Shown here piece after piece: positions 19,610-28,732 of a DNA stretch of 64,000 nucleotides; position 1 is the stretch's first letter; every line of letters begins with the position of its first letter. The notes beneath the pieces were generated by a model. It ran no database searches. It saw nothing but the letters and a program-made list of their open reading frames with translations, and had not been told where the DNA came from. The stretch lies in the IMG/VR virus record IMGVR_UViG_3300044829_000002, positions 1 through 64,000 of that record, one strand, 5' to 3'. Source of the DNA: a virus. Lineage: Duplodnaviria; Caudoviricetes. The translations under genes and the position numbers were made by a program.

Positions 19610-20038
19610 TCACTCGTCTATCCCGACATCGTCAGGGATCTGCCACGCATCCCCGACGCGTTTCAGTACGTCCCCGATAGGCCGCTTGGGATGCTCAACT
19701 GGCGGCGGCGGCGCTTCACCGGCCGCAACCATGCCGCGTCGAGCTAGCAGCTCCGCTTTCCATGCCGGAAGATCATCCGGGTCCGCGTCAACCTGATCGG
19801 CCACCGTCCCGGCCGTCGTCAGTCGCGCCTCCCGAACTCGCTTGATCTCGGCGCGGATCTCAGCCGGTGAACAGAACGGCGACCGCTTGCAGATGCTCAC
19901 CGCCGCCTCTGTGGCATCCCTGAAATCGAGATCCGCCAGCAGTAGATGCCACGCGTCGGGCGTGTACTCCTCCATCTTCTGTTGCGGGCACGCCGCGTAC
20001 ACCAGCTCGGTCACGGTCAACGATTCCTCGGGAGTCAC
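19610..20038 (-). CDS. Replicative helicase loader/inhibitor-like protein
   Basis: TPDAWHLLLADLDFRDATEAAV...PFCSPAEIR; directly downstream of the Rep gene. Confidence 0.65.
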   Translation of the reverse strand: MTPEESLTVTELVYAACPQQKMEEYTPDAWHLLLADLDFRDATEAAVSICKRSPFCSPAEIRAEIKRVREARLTTAGTVADQVDADPDDLPAWKAELLARRGMVAAGEAPPPPVEHPKRPIGDVLKRVGDAWQIPDDVGIDE

Positions 20039-20922
20039 ACCAAAGCCTTTCTGTCGGAAGATGCCAGCATGTCTTGCGCGTCCCTGATCCGGGAACGGCG
20101 GCGGTTGATGATCGCGGCCTTGTCCGGCTGGCCGGGTCGGCGGGCGCGCAGTGCTTGCAAGCGCAGTTGCTCGTACTTGTCCCGCAACTTAGGCATCGAT
20201 TGAATGTTGGCCCGCCAGAACTCGTCGTCCTGGCACCAGTCGATCGCTCGGTGTACTTGATCTTCGGTCCTGCCGTCGTTGTCGAGCATCAGCCGCGCCG
20301 CGTCCTGCCAGCGCTTGCCGATGGTTGGAGCCTTGGACCCGTTGCCGACGATGCGGTCCCGGAGGTGGGTGCACAGCCGGTTCACGTCCTGCCGGGTGGG
20401 AGCGACATCGGCTGATGGTGGGTCCGGCGATTCGTCGCCGGACGTAAAGCTCTTTGTCTTTACCACCGTCTTGGTAGGAGGAACATTATGCGTATACGCG
20501 TCATGTACATTATCTGATTCCGCAGCACCATTATGCGCTTCCTGATCATGGGACAAACCTCCATCGCTTGCACCCAGGTCCACACCGGCGTCAGCCCATA
20601 CGATCCGATAGCTCAGCGTGCGGTCCCACACACCGTCCTCCTGCTCGGTCAGTGCCTCGATGTGACCTAACGTCCTGAGTCGTGTGAGAATCCGCTGTAT
20701 CTGCGCAACCTTAAACCCGGTTTCGTTAGCCAACTCTTTTAGGTTGACCCGCCACCAGCCGTCGTGCACACCAGTGGCGGCGCACGGCCGATCAGGGTCC
20801 AGCCGGTAGGCAATACGTGTCAGCACTAAAGCCCCGTTGCCGTAGCCGTCCAGGTCGCGGATCAACTGCGCTCTTACCTGCATGTAGTCGTGTGCGCCGA
20901 TCGACGCTCGGTTGATCATCAC
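20035..20922 (-). CDS. RepA-like replication initiator (N-terminal HTH + DnaD-like C-terminus)
   Basis: ELANETG...IQRILTRLRTLGHIE; LMLDNDGRTEDQVHRAIDWCQDDEFWRANIQSMPKLRDKYEQL. Confidence 0.85.
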   Translation of the reverse strand: MMINRASIGAHDYMQVRAQLIRDLDGYGNGALVLTRIAYRLDPDRPCAATGVHDGWWRVNLKELANETGFKVAQIQRILTRLRTLGHIEALTEQEDGVWDRTLSYRIVWADAGVDLGASDGGLSHDQEAHNGAAESDNVHDAYTHNVPPTKTVVKTKSFTSGDESPDPPSADVAPTRQDVNRLCTHLRDRIVGNGSKAPTIGKRWQDAARLMLDNDGRTEDQVHRAIDWCQDDEFWRANIQSMPKLRDKYEQLRLQALRARRPGQPDKAAIINRRRSRIRDAQDMLASSDRKALV

Positions 20923-21602
20923 GAACTCTTGTTCAGGTAGGGCTTAAACAGCGCTAACCATTGCCGTTCCAGAGTGAACGCTGCGGCCCTGTCCGCGCAT
21001 TGGTGCGCTTGCCAGCGAGAGAATCGCTTACCCGAGTTTTGATGACTGCGCATTCGATCTACGAACTGTGCCGTGCTACCCACGTAGCACGGCACGTTGT
21101 CGGGGTCGTACAGCAAGTAAACGACAGGGACGCCACCTCTAGGACGCGGTGCTCCGGTCGGCAAAGGGTAGTCGCCCTGCCATGAGTCAGCGTCCTGGCC
21201 GTTGGGTACGAACATTGCCGCGTACCGGAGCTGGTTCCCGCCAACCGGCATGTGCGCGTTCCAGCGTGTCGCGTGGCCGGTAACTGCGATGTGGCGATAT
21301 TGCTCGTAGTGGTCGGCCAGATCCAAGATCCCGATCTTGCCAGCGTTAAACAGTCGGGCCAGCGCGAATAGATATTGTTCCTCGGCTTCGAGCTGTAATC
21401 CTTTGAGCTGGTCGCGCTTACGATTTAGGAACTCAATGTGTTGCAGTGACGCTGCACAGGCATCTACTGGCCCGTCATCGGCTGCGGTTGCTAGAGTGTG
21501 CACAGCTTCACCTACCCCTACTAGGTCGGAGTTAGACGGCGGCAACCTGTCCCAAGGTTCCGCCGTCGTCTTACGTTCGGACCTAGAACGTAGCAGCCTC
21601 AC
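20919..21602 (-). CDS. GIY-YIG nuclease family protein
   Basis: VVYLLYD...CYVGST...RMRSH...ERQWLALFKPYLN. Confidence 0.8.
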   Translation of the reverse strand: MRLLRSRSERKTTAEPWDRLPPSNSDLVGVGEAVHTLATAADDGPVDACAASLQHIEFLNRKRDQLKGLQLEAEEQYLFALARLFNAGKIGILDLADHYEQYRHIAVTGHATRWNAHMPVGGNQLRYAAMFVPNGQDADSWQGDYPLPTGAPRPRGGVPVVYLLYDPDNVPCYVGSTAQFVDRMRSHQNSGKRFSRWQAHQCADRAAAFTLERQWLALFKPYLNKSS

Positions 21603-21647
21603 ACGACGAATGCGCGTGAGGCTGCGTACGACTTTCTTAACCCGCTC

Positions 21648-21905
21648 TTAGCGGTTGAGCCAGTCCGGCCGGACTTCGGGGCAGTGATGCCGATCGTGCC
21701 CGCCGCCGTGCAATAGCTGGCCGCTGGCGAACTCGTGCGCCATGTGGCGGATCGACCGGCGCACAGCATGAGCACCCTCGATCCGGTACGTGCCACCGGG
21801 CACGATCTCGGCGTCGAGCATCGCGCCGCGTAGCTGAATGACCGGGTCGGCACAACTCGGGCACGGCACAACTGCCGGTCGCGTGAGTGTTGCGTTACGG
21901 TTCAT
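21648..21905 (-). CDS. Small Cys/His-rich protein, probably leaderless (TGGACG-N18-TACACT-N6-ATG)
   Basis: CPSC...HHC motifs; promoter read directly upstream. Confidence 0.5.
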   Translation of the reverse strand: MNRNATLTRPAVVPCPSCADPVIQLRGAMLDAEIVPGGTYRIEGAHAVRRSIRHMAHEFASGQLLHGGGHDRHHCPEVRPDWLNR

Positions 21906-21946
21906 GATTTCAGTGTAGAGCCAGGCACGACAGAACGTCCATTCGA

Positions 21947-22357
21947 TTAACTGCCTGGCGGGTTCAGGTGATTGTCGGCCAGCAACACCCGCGCATGTGT
22001 CACCGAGATATGCAGCATTTCCGATATGGCTGTAGGGGTAAACCCCTCGACGGTCAACTCGGCGGCAGCGATGTGCAACTCCTGGCCCGTACATGTCACC
22101 GGGTCGCCTTTCTTGCGTCGCTCTATCGCGGTCTCGTCCACGATCGCCTCGTTGGCTTCCTTCGCTGCTATTTTCTGAGCAATAATCGCCTTACGTAACA
22201 TGCTTTTCGGCAGCGTCTCATGGCACCGCATGCAGAACCGGCCAGGCTGATTCGGGTAGACGATGGTGTCAAGCACGTCTTGGATGATGTGTCCGCGCAG
22301 ACACTTGCCGTCGTACCAGACGTCCACGAGCGGCACGGGATGCATTCCTATAGGCAT
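21947..22357 (-). CDS. Zn-ribbon + C-terminal HTH protein
   Basis: CLRGH...CMRC; LTVEGFTPTAISEMLHISVTHARVLL. Confidence 0.55.
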   Translation of the reverse strand: MPIGMHPVPLVDVWYDGKCLRGHIIQDVLDTIVYPNQPGRFCMRCHETLPKSMLRKAIIAQKIAAKEANEAIVDETAIERRKKGDPVTCTGQELHIAAAELTVEGFTPTAISEMLHISVTHARVLLADNHLNPPGS

Positions 22358-22363
22358 GATGGA

Positions 22364-23692
22364 CTACCCGAGTTTCGACGGATCGACCTTGATCGCCGCC
22401 ATGATCTCTTCAATCGTGATGAACTTTGCCTCGACCCCGCCACCGGTGATCACGTCAACGGCGTCCATAGCGTGCTCGCCGTGTTTGTCGTTGAGTTGCT
22501 TGATCAACCCGCGCCGGATCTCCGAGTCTGGCTGCACCGTGCGAGCCTTCTCTGTGACCGGCTTGACCCTGTCGTTCAGGATCTCTCGCAGCTCGCGGAT
22601 ATTCACCTTGCGGATCGGGATCTCCTCGCCGCCCATGCGCTCAGTCAGCACGTCCCGCGCCTTGTCGCCGAACTTCTCCACGAACGCGATCACCAGCCCG
22701 TGCCACACGTTGCTCGTCAGTTTCATGTCCGGCCGGTCACCGCTGTACTCGACCCCCTCATCGAATTTGGCGATGAACTCCTCGAACGTGCCAGGCTCGG
22801 CCTTGGGCTTGTCGGCTGACTTGCTCGGCTCGGGTTGCACGACGTCGGCTCGGGTGTGATCGTCGTCCGGCACGCTGGTCATCGTGTATGTCTGCGGCTC
22901 AGGTGTGCCGTCCATCTGCTCCAACGCATCCGGGTCGAGATCCGTCCGCACAGTCTCGTCGCTGGCGATGCCCATTGCCAGTTGCGGGCTTGACGTCGGC
23001 GTGAACGACCACAGTCTGCGGACGGCTGTCTTGCGGCACATCGGCAGCTCAAATTTGCGCCACGGGTTGTCCGGCCCGCCGAATTTGTAGCCCGCCGAGT
23101 TGTCCCGTGCCTCCAGCGCGTCGTCATGGCCGATCGCCACCCAGCCGACGCCGGTAGAGCTGCGCGCAATGGCGTAGTGGATGATCGGCTCGCCACGCTT
23201 GCTGCGGTCCAAGATCGGAATGTGATGCAAGCGCTCATCCAGGCCGAATTGAACCTCATGTTCCTCGTTGGAGAAAATCGTGCGCGCCGTGATCGTGACG
23301 CCAGAGCGGGCACCCAACTCGACCATTCCCCGATAACCGATGATCCATTGAGCCTCAGTGACGCGCTTTCGCTTGGACTCGTAAGGCAAAATCCAACCTT
23401 GCCCAAGAGAGGCCACGTTGGGCCGCAGGTCGAGTTGCGCCGCTGTCATCAGCGCGCCGAGGAATGATTCCTGCGTGCATTCGATCAGCTTAGGCACGGT
23501 GCGAATGGCCGTGATGCCGTCCCGGATGAGTCGCTTGGCCTCATGCTCACCCGGCATCGCATCCCGAAACGCCGGGAGCATCGCCTTGACCAGTTCGACC
23601 CGTTCGTCGGTTTTGCGTTTCAGCAGTCCAACCTCTTTATTTTGCGGAGCCGACATACCCACAGCAGCTCTCGCTCGATCCGTACCCGTCAT
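22364..23692 (-). CDS. recT: RecT-like ssDNA annealing protein with a long C-terminal extension
   Basis: PKLIECTQESFLGALMTAAQLDLRPN...GQGWILPY...IIGYRGMVELGARSG...MCRKTAVRRL. Confidence 0.9.
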   Translation of the reverse strand: MTGTDRARAAVGMSAPQNKEVGLLKRKTDERVELVKAMLPAFRDAMPGEHEAKRLIRDGITAIRTVPKLIECTQESFLGALMTAAQLDLRPNVASLGQGWILPYESKRKRVTEAQWIIGYRGMVELGARSGVTITARTIFSNEEHEVQFGLDERLHHIPILDRSKRGEPIIHYAIARSSTGVGWVAIGHDDALEARDNSAGYKFGGPDNPWRKFELPMCRKTAVRRLWSFTPTSSPQLAMGIASDETVRTDLDPDALEQMDGTPEPQTYTMTSVPDDDHTRADVVQPEPSKSADKPKAEPGTFEEFIAKFDEGVEYSGDRPDMKLTSNVWHGLVIAFVEKFGDKARDVLTERMGGEEIPIRKVNIRELREILNDRVKPVTEKARTVQPDSEIRRGLIKQLNDKHGEHAMDAVDVITGGGVEAKFITIEEIMAAIKVDPSKLG

Positions 23693-24150
23693 TGTCTAGC
23701 CTCTCTCCGGTTGGCCTCGGTGATACTTTTGCACTTGCGACACTGCCTACGCGCTCGCCAGAGATAGACATTCTGCGGGTCGCCGAATGAATGTCCACGG
23801 ATGCATTCGGCTTTAAGTGCGGGTCCGCTCCCTCGTCCTTTAGCGCGCATATCGGCGAGGTTGTCAGTCTGTGTATCTGCAAGCAGATGGTCATCAGCCC
23901 AGCAGTCAGGCACGTCGCAGCGGTGCATGATCACTGGCGTGCCTGATGGGATGGGGCCATGCCGTTCGATCCACGCGACGCGATGCACAAGTTCAGAGCA
24001 GTGATCATGATCCGTGCTGATCCTTCCGTAACCACGCTTATCGTGTTTGCCGGTAAAGATGAGACATGGCGTTTCGAGCGGGCCTGGCTCACCAAAAGAT
24101 CTGTCGTAGAGCCGGTCAAGAATTAGGCGCGGCTTAACACCCCGCTTCAT
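23689..24150 (-). mobile_element. HNH homing endonuclease between the recombination genes
   Basis: GPLETPCLIFTG...GYGRI...VHRVAW...HRCDVPDC...HLLADTQTDN...CIRGH. Confidence 0.8.
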
Positions 24151-25220
24151 GAGTCCATGCCCTTCAAGTTCCAGCTACGCCGGTAGCGCAGGCCGGTCGG
24201 GAGTAAACCCGCATTGTCGGCCACCATCTTTTCCACGTCGATCTCGGTGACGTATCGCTCGACTCGATACCGCTCGGCCAGCTCGGCGTTGGCCTTGACC
24301 CAGCCCTTGTTCGTACCGTCTATCACTCGTGATGCCCGCCACGTTGCGGCCAGCGTCCGGTCGGGCCATAACAGCTCCGTGCTTTCGCCGACCTGTGCTT
24401 GCAAATTGGCTTCGTCGTCAGCCAGTCGGGCTTTGAGTAGGTCGAGCACGCGCTTGCGGTTACGGATACGGTGCATCAGGTCGGCTTGCGAGCCGGTCAG
24501 CATGTGCTCTCGGCCTCGTTCGGGTTGCCCGTATTGCTGTTTGATGCCCTCGGCCGCTCGTCGGGTCGCGGTCGGCGGCACGTCCATGATCACATGCCGT
24601 CCCCAGAACTTGGCCGCAATCAACGCCATGTTGATCATGAGTTCCTCGTCGCGTTGCATCACGCGGTGAATGCTGCGATGCCGCGAGCCGTCCACCACGA
24701 AATGCACGTGATCCCGGCCTGTCGCGAATAGCTGCCATTGACCTTGGAACTGGAACGGCACCGGGATCTCCGGCGCGGTCAGATCGTCGCCCCACTCACG
24801 GTCATCGATCTGAGTCTTGGCCTCGATGATGCACCGGCCAGCGGGACACACGGACAGCCGGTCCAGGGTTGCCCCGGCGCGCTTGTACCGCTTGGATTGG
24901 ATCAACCCGGCGCGGCGGATCTTGATCGGGAAGTCTGCGTAGCGGTTGAGCCAGTGCTGAATCGCCGCGTCCTCGTAGTCGAGCCCGTACGCCTGCTGGT
25001 CGTTGGTGTAGTCGATGGAGCGGCCCGTCTTGTCGAGCCACACCGTGTACGCGTCGCCGTAGGTGGACACGCCCAGCAACGCGGCCATGTCGCTCGCGCA
25101 CATCATGTTCTGTCGCAGATCCAGCCATGTGCCTCGGTGCTCGGTAACTGAGGATGCCGGAAGGATCTGGCGACCGTGTGGCAGTTGCCAGGGATGGTCG
25201 GGTAGTTGCGGTGCGCTCAT
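24147..25220 (-). CDS. YqaJ-like viral recombinase exonuclease (RecE equivalent)
   Basis: WLDLRQNMMCASDMAALLGVS...YG.DYE...ATLDR...IIEAKT...YQ-like FQGQWQL. Confidence 0.9.
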   Translation of the reverse strand: MSAPQLPDHPWQLPHGRQILPASSVTEHRGTWLDLRQNMMCASDMAALLGVSTYGDAYTVWLDKTGRSIDYTNDQQAYGLDYEDAAIQHWLNRYADFPIKIRRAGLIQSKRYKRAGATLDRLSVCPAGRCIIEAKTQIDDREWGDDLTAPEIPVPFQFQGQWQLFATGRDHVHFVVDGSRHRSIHRVMQRDEELMINMALIAAKFWGRHVIMDVPPTATRRAAEGIKQQYGQPERGREHMLTGSQADLMHRIRNRKRVLDLLKARLADDEANLQAQVGESTELLWPDRTLAATWRASRVIDGTNKGWVKANAELAERYRVERYVTEIDVEKMVADNAGLLPTGLRYRRSWNLKGMDS

Positions 25221-25279
25221 CGCGGGGCCTCTCTTGTCGGGGTGACTGAACGATTGCACGGGGGTGTGACAGTTCTCAT

Positions 25280-25298
25280 TGTCGCATCCAGTGCGACA
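25280..25298 (-). promoter_or_regulatory. Operator copy 10 upstream of the recombination/replication operon
   Basis: tgtcg-catccagtg-cgaca. Confidence 0.7.
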
Positions 25299-25405
25299 CG
25301 AGCGCAATTCGTTGTTAGGGCAGTCCGTTAGTATCCGTAGCAGCCGGTCGTGCGGGTCCGGCTTCCCGTCCGCTCCGGGTGCTCCGGGTGTCCAGGGTGG
25401 ACGGT

Positions 25406-25453
25406 GTGATCCCGCCGACTGGTCCGGTGCGCGGAGTCAGTCGGCGGGATCAC
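25406..25453. terminator. 16-bp perfect inverted repeat after the late operon (terminator or core of a structured RNA)
   Basis: GTGATCCCGCCGACTG / CAGTCGGCGGGATCAC. Confidence 0.6.
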
Positions 25454-25512
25454 TGCCGTTCGGGGAAGCCCTCAGATCAATTCTGCGGCGCTCGACTCTG
25501 TTGCCGCGCTAG

Positions 25513-26733
25513 TCACACGCGAGTGCTGGCGTTGCTCAGGGAGCCACTGAGTTGGCCGTCGCCATGTCGATCCTCGCGTGATCCATTGCCGAGTTCAGCA
25601 GCCGCAGCGCATTTGCGAGTGCCCTGCGCTATCTGATAGGCGTCATTCCATGCCTCCCAATAAACGTCCGCGTGATCTCGCAGGCGCAATTGCTCGGCAA
25701 CGTCGCGGCCAGCAGCGGACAACTCGGCCCGCAGCCCCGCATCACGGACAAGTCGCGTCAGTTGTTCGTGCCATTGCTTGGCGCTGCCAGCCAGCAACCC
25801 AGCGCCCATGTCGTGCAGCCGTTTGTATTCAGCACGCGGGGACGCGACCCAAGGCACGCCGCACGCTGACATTTCGAGTGGCTTTAAATGAGACTTACGT
25901 GCGTTAAAGGTCGTATCGGCCAACGGAGCGATGCCGACTCCGATGGTGGCAACAGCGTCCGGCCAGCGCAGCAGCGACACCTTCCCGGCCGCTGGCGGAT
26001 CGGCAGTCAGGCCGAACGCCTTGCCGACACCGATCGCGTCCTCACCGAACCCGAGAAACGACGCGCTCCTGTTCTCAGCCAGCACGCGGCGCAGCGCCGA
26101 GCCGACAATCTCCGGGTCATGCGGATGTGAATGCAGCACGGCAGGCCAGCCGATCATGGTCGAGTCGCGCCGCTCGTGACCGTAGTAATGATCGGCCAGA
26201 TAGTTGGGCAGCACACGCCCCGGCTTGCCGTCGCGTGCGTAGCGATGCAACAACCCCGATGTCGAGACTGTGACCAGCGTGGCATCCCGGCATGCCCGCA
26301 ACAGGTTCTCCCATGTGTGCGGCACCGGCTGAATCGCATTCAGCCGTTCCACCATCGCCGCTAGCTGTGGCCCGCGATAGCCCTGACGCAGCAGCGACTC
26401 TCGATGCATGTCCGGGTGAACCAGCAGCCACGCCGCATTGTCCGGGTCGATTGAGGACAGATCGTCATCCACATCAACCACGCAGGCCACGCCGCGTTCA
26501 GCCAGCAGCGCGGGCACTTGGCACAGCAGCCGATGCGTCGGCCGTTGCAGCACGATCACGTCGGTGCCGTCGGGCACGGTCACGTCCGTGACGACATCAC
26601 CGGTTACTTCGATGGTGAGTTTGCCGTCGGCGATAACGACGTCATGACCTTGTGCCGCTAATGTCTGTCCAGGCCATATCAGCCTGTGATGTCCACACCC
26701 GTACGAATCGGCCGGATACAGCACTACGCGCAC
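25513..26733 (-). CDS. Glycosyltransferase, GT-B fold (GT4-like)
   Basis: ADSYGCGHHRL...IVLQR...VVDVDDD...IGIAPL...KSHLKPLEMSACGVPWVASP. Confidence 0.85.
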   Translation of the reverse strand: MRVVLYPADSYGCGHHRLIWPGQTLAAQGHDVVIADGKLTIEVTGDVVTDVTVPDGTDVIVLQRPTHRLLCQVPALLAERGVACVVDVDDDLSSIDPDNAAWLLVHPDMHRESLLRQGYRGPQLAAMVERLNAIQPVPHTWENLLRACRDATLVTVSTSGLLHRYARDGKPGRVLPNYLADHYYGHERRDSTMIGWPAVLHSHPHDPEIVGSALRRVLAENRSASFLGFGEDAIGVGKAFGLTADPPAAGKVSLLRWPDAVATIGVGIAPLADTTFNARKSHLKPLEMSACGVPWVASPRAEYKRLHDMGAGLLAGSAKQWHEQLTRLVRDAGLRAELSAAGRDVAEQLRLRDHADVYWEAWNDAYQIAQGTRKCAAAAELGNGSREDRHGDGQLSGSLSNASTRV

Positions 26734-26894
26734 TATGACACCTTGGCTGGCGGCGTCGGCTTCCCGGCAGGCTTAACATCCGCTTTCACCGTCTCAGGCT
26801 TAGCCTCGGCCGTCTTGTGCTCGTGCGCCTCCAGAGCCTTGACCCGCTTCTCCAACGCGGCCAGCCGGTCGAGTGCGATTTCCAGATGAGACAT
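26733..26894 (-). CDS. 53-aa coiled-coil peptide (missed by ORF track)
   Basis: MSHLEIALDRLAALEKRVKALE...; RBS GAAGGGA; TAGTG coupling to the GT4 gene. Confidence 0.55.
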   Translation of the reverse strand: MSHLEIALDRLAALEKRVKALEAHEHKTAEAKPETVKADVKPAGKPTPPAKVS

Positions 26895-26909
26895 GATCCA
26901 TTCCCTTCG

Positions 26910-27584
26910 CTAAACAGCAGCTACATGCACCATTGAATATTCGTTCGTAGCGACCACTGTATTGACCGCCCCTCCCGATGACTGCTGACCGGCCACCGAG
27001 ATCACGTCAGCCGCAGCGCACAACACCGGAATCATCGGACACAGCACATCAGCGGGACCGCTGCCGCCAACACCGTTGAACCCGGCCGTCACCTTGCTGC
27101 CGTTGATCCCGACACCGTTTTTCAGCAGGATCGCACTGTGCTGGCCCGCTGTCGCCGGTAGACAGAACAGGCCGGTTATGTTGTACACCCCGGCGACGGG
27201 TATGACGATGCCTGCCGTGGTCACCGTCATCCCTTGGCTCACGTCAGCCGTACCGGACCATGTGATGTTGGTGAACGAGCCAGCTCCCGCGTTCGGGATC
27301 GACTGCGTGGTGGTTTGCCGCATCATGGCGTAGAAGGTTGCGCGGGCACCTATCCATGTGGCGTCCACAGTGTCGCTGCCGAGCACGTAATGATCAGGAC
27401 CGACAGACAGCAGTGTGACCGTGTCACCGATGACAGGAATGTATGAACTCAGGTACGGCAAATCCACATCGGTGGACGTGTCGCCGCCGATCTGCACCGT
27501 CACCGCTGGAGGCGAGCCAGCAACCAGCGCTGTGACCACAGCTCGACGGCGGTCAGCGTTCAGCGGGCGACTCTCGCTCGACAT
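26910..27584 (-). CDS. Minor tail protein (short OB-like N-terminus + beta-sandwich tip)
   Basis: Follows the hub gene; LPYLSSYIPVIGDTV...; GIVIPVAGVYNI. Confidence 0.65.
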   Translation of the reverse strand: MSSESRPLNADRRRAVVTALVAGSPPAVTVQIGGDTSTDVDLPYLSSYIPVIGDTVTLLSVGPDHYVLGSDTVDATWIGARATFYAMMRQTTTQSIPNAGAGSFTNITWSGTADVSQGMTVTTAGIVIPVAGVYNITGLFCLPATAGQHSAILLKNGVGINGSKVTAGFNGVGGSGPADVLCPMIPVLCAAADVISVAGQQSSGGAVNTVVATNEYSMVHVAAV

Positions 27585-28732
27585 GTGATCACCTGCGCTC
27601 CGTCACTAGCTCGCATCCCTAGCGGGAAGGAGTCGGCTATCAGGTTCCAATCGATGCCCTGATCGGGGTCGGTCACCCGGATCACATCCCCAGATTCAAG
27701 CGCATAGTTCGGGATCACCGGCACGGTGAGAATGTCGGGGATGCCGAGCTGCCGTCTCAGGGAAGTTCTGGCAGCGAGCACACACTGAGTGTTGCTCGTC
27801 ATCAGCGGCGAGGACTCGAACGCCACCCGCACACCGACACGGGCAGCGTAGGTCAACGACTCAGGGTTGTCATCCTGCGCGTAGCCACGGAACGGCGCGG
27901 ACGGCGACATGGCCGACTCACATGTGAACACCACCGCGTTGATATAGGAACCCGCGTCCAGGGAACGGGTCGGCCGCATCATCGTTGACGCCTCACCGGG
28001 CGCGTAGATCATCACAGGGTCGTCGTCGGTGCTCGACTCGGCTTGCCCGACGAACGTCCCCATCGGATCGACATACAGTTGCCAGCCTGCGGCCAGCGCC
28101 AGGTTGTGCGCTGCATCCTGCACCGAGTCCTGCTCCGCGTAAAGCTGCGTGTGCGGCAACAGCAGATCGGTGTCGGGAATATTCACGGACACGTGCCCGA
28201 CAGGGACACCTGAGTTGATGAACCGCAGCAAAGCCGTGTTGTACGGAGTACCGGTCAGCACCTTCGTGGCGATCGGGAATCGGTCAAGGAACCACATCCG
28301 GTCATAACCCGAGATCGACAGTTGCGGGTAAGTCCCCTCCACCTTCGTCACAACCAGAGTTGCCAGCGGCACGTACTCATATTCAGGCTGGCCCACTTGC
28401 TGATTCACGTCCCAATATTTCAGGCCGATCCACGGCCTGATCTCGGTGTCCATGTATGCGAACAGGTCGCCGACCTCATCCGGGAACAGTTGGCCGGACA
28501 CGTCAAGGAAGTTGATCGTTCCCGAACGGCGCACCGACGTCCGGTCCACCTGAATCGACCCGCCGAGAGTCGAAACGACCGCGCCCGAATCGGGGTCCGT
28601 GATCGACGTGCCGTCAATGGTGGCGACCACTTGCCCGCCTTGCAGAATCTCGACGTAAGCCAACTGTGTGTGAGGCTTAGCCACCGACTCCAAATAGCGA
28701 TCCGAAACTCCCCACATCAGGATGCCTGGCAT
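27560..28732 (-). CDS. Minor tail protein (baseplate hub, DUF5047-like)
   Basis: Position after the Dit-like gene; DRTSVRRSG...YVPLATL...SGYDR...INAVV...DLESGDVI. Confidence 0.7.
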   Translation of the reverse strand: MPGILMWGVSDRYLESVAKPHTQLAYVEILQGGQVVATIDGTSITDPDSGAVVSTLGGSIQVDRTSVRRSGTINFLDVSGQLFPDEVGDLFAYMDTEIRPWIGLKYWDVNQQVGQPEYEYVPLATLVVTKVEGTYPQLSISGYDRMWFLDRFPIATKVLTGTPYNTALLRFINSGVPVGHVSVNIPDTDLLLPHTQLYAEQDSVQDAAHNLALAAGWQLYVDPMGTFVGQAESSTDDDPVMIYAPGEASTMMRPTRSLDAGSYINAVVFTCESAMSPSAPFRGYAQDDNPESLTYAARVGVRVAFESSPLMTSNTQCVLAARTSLRRQLGIPDILTVPVIPNYALESGDVIRVTDPDQGIDWNLIADSFPLGMRASDGAQVITCRARVAR

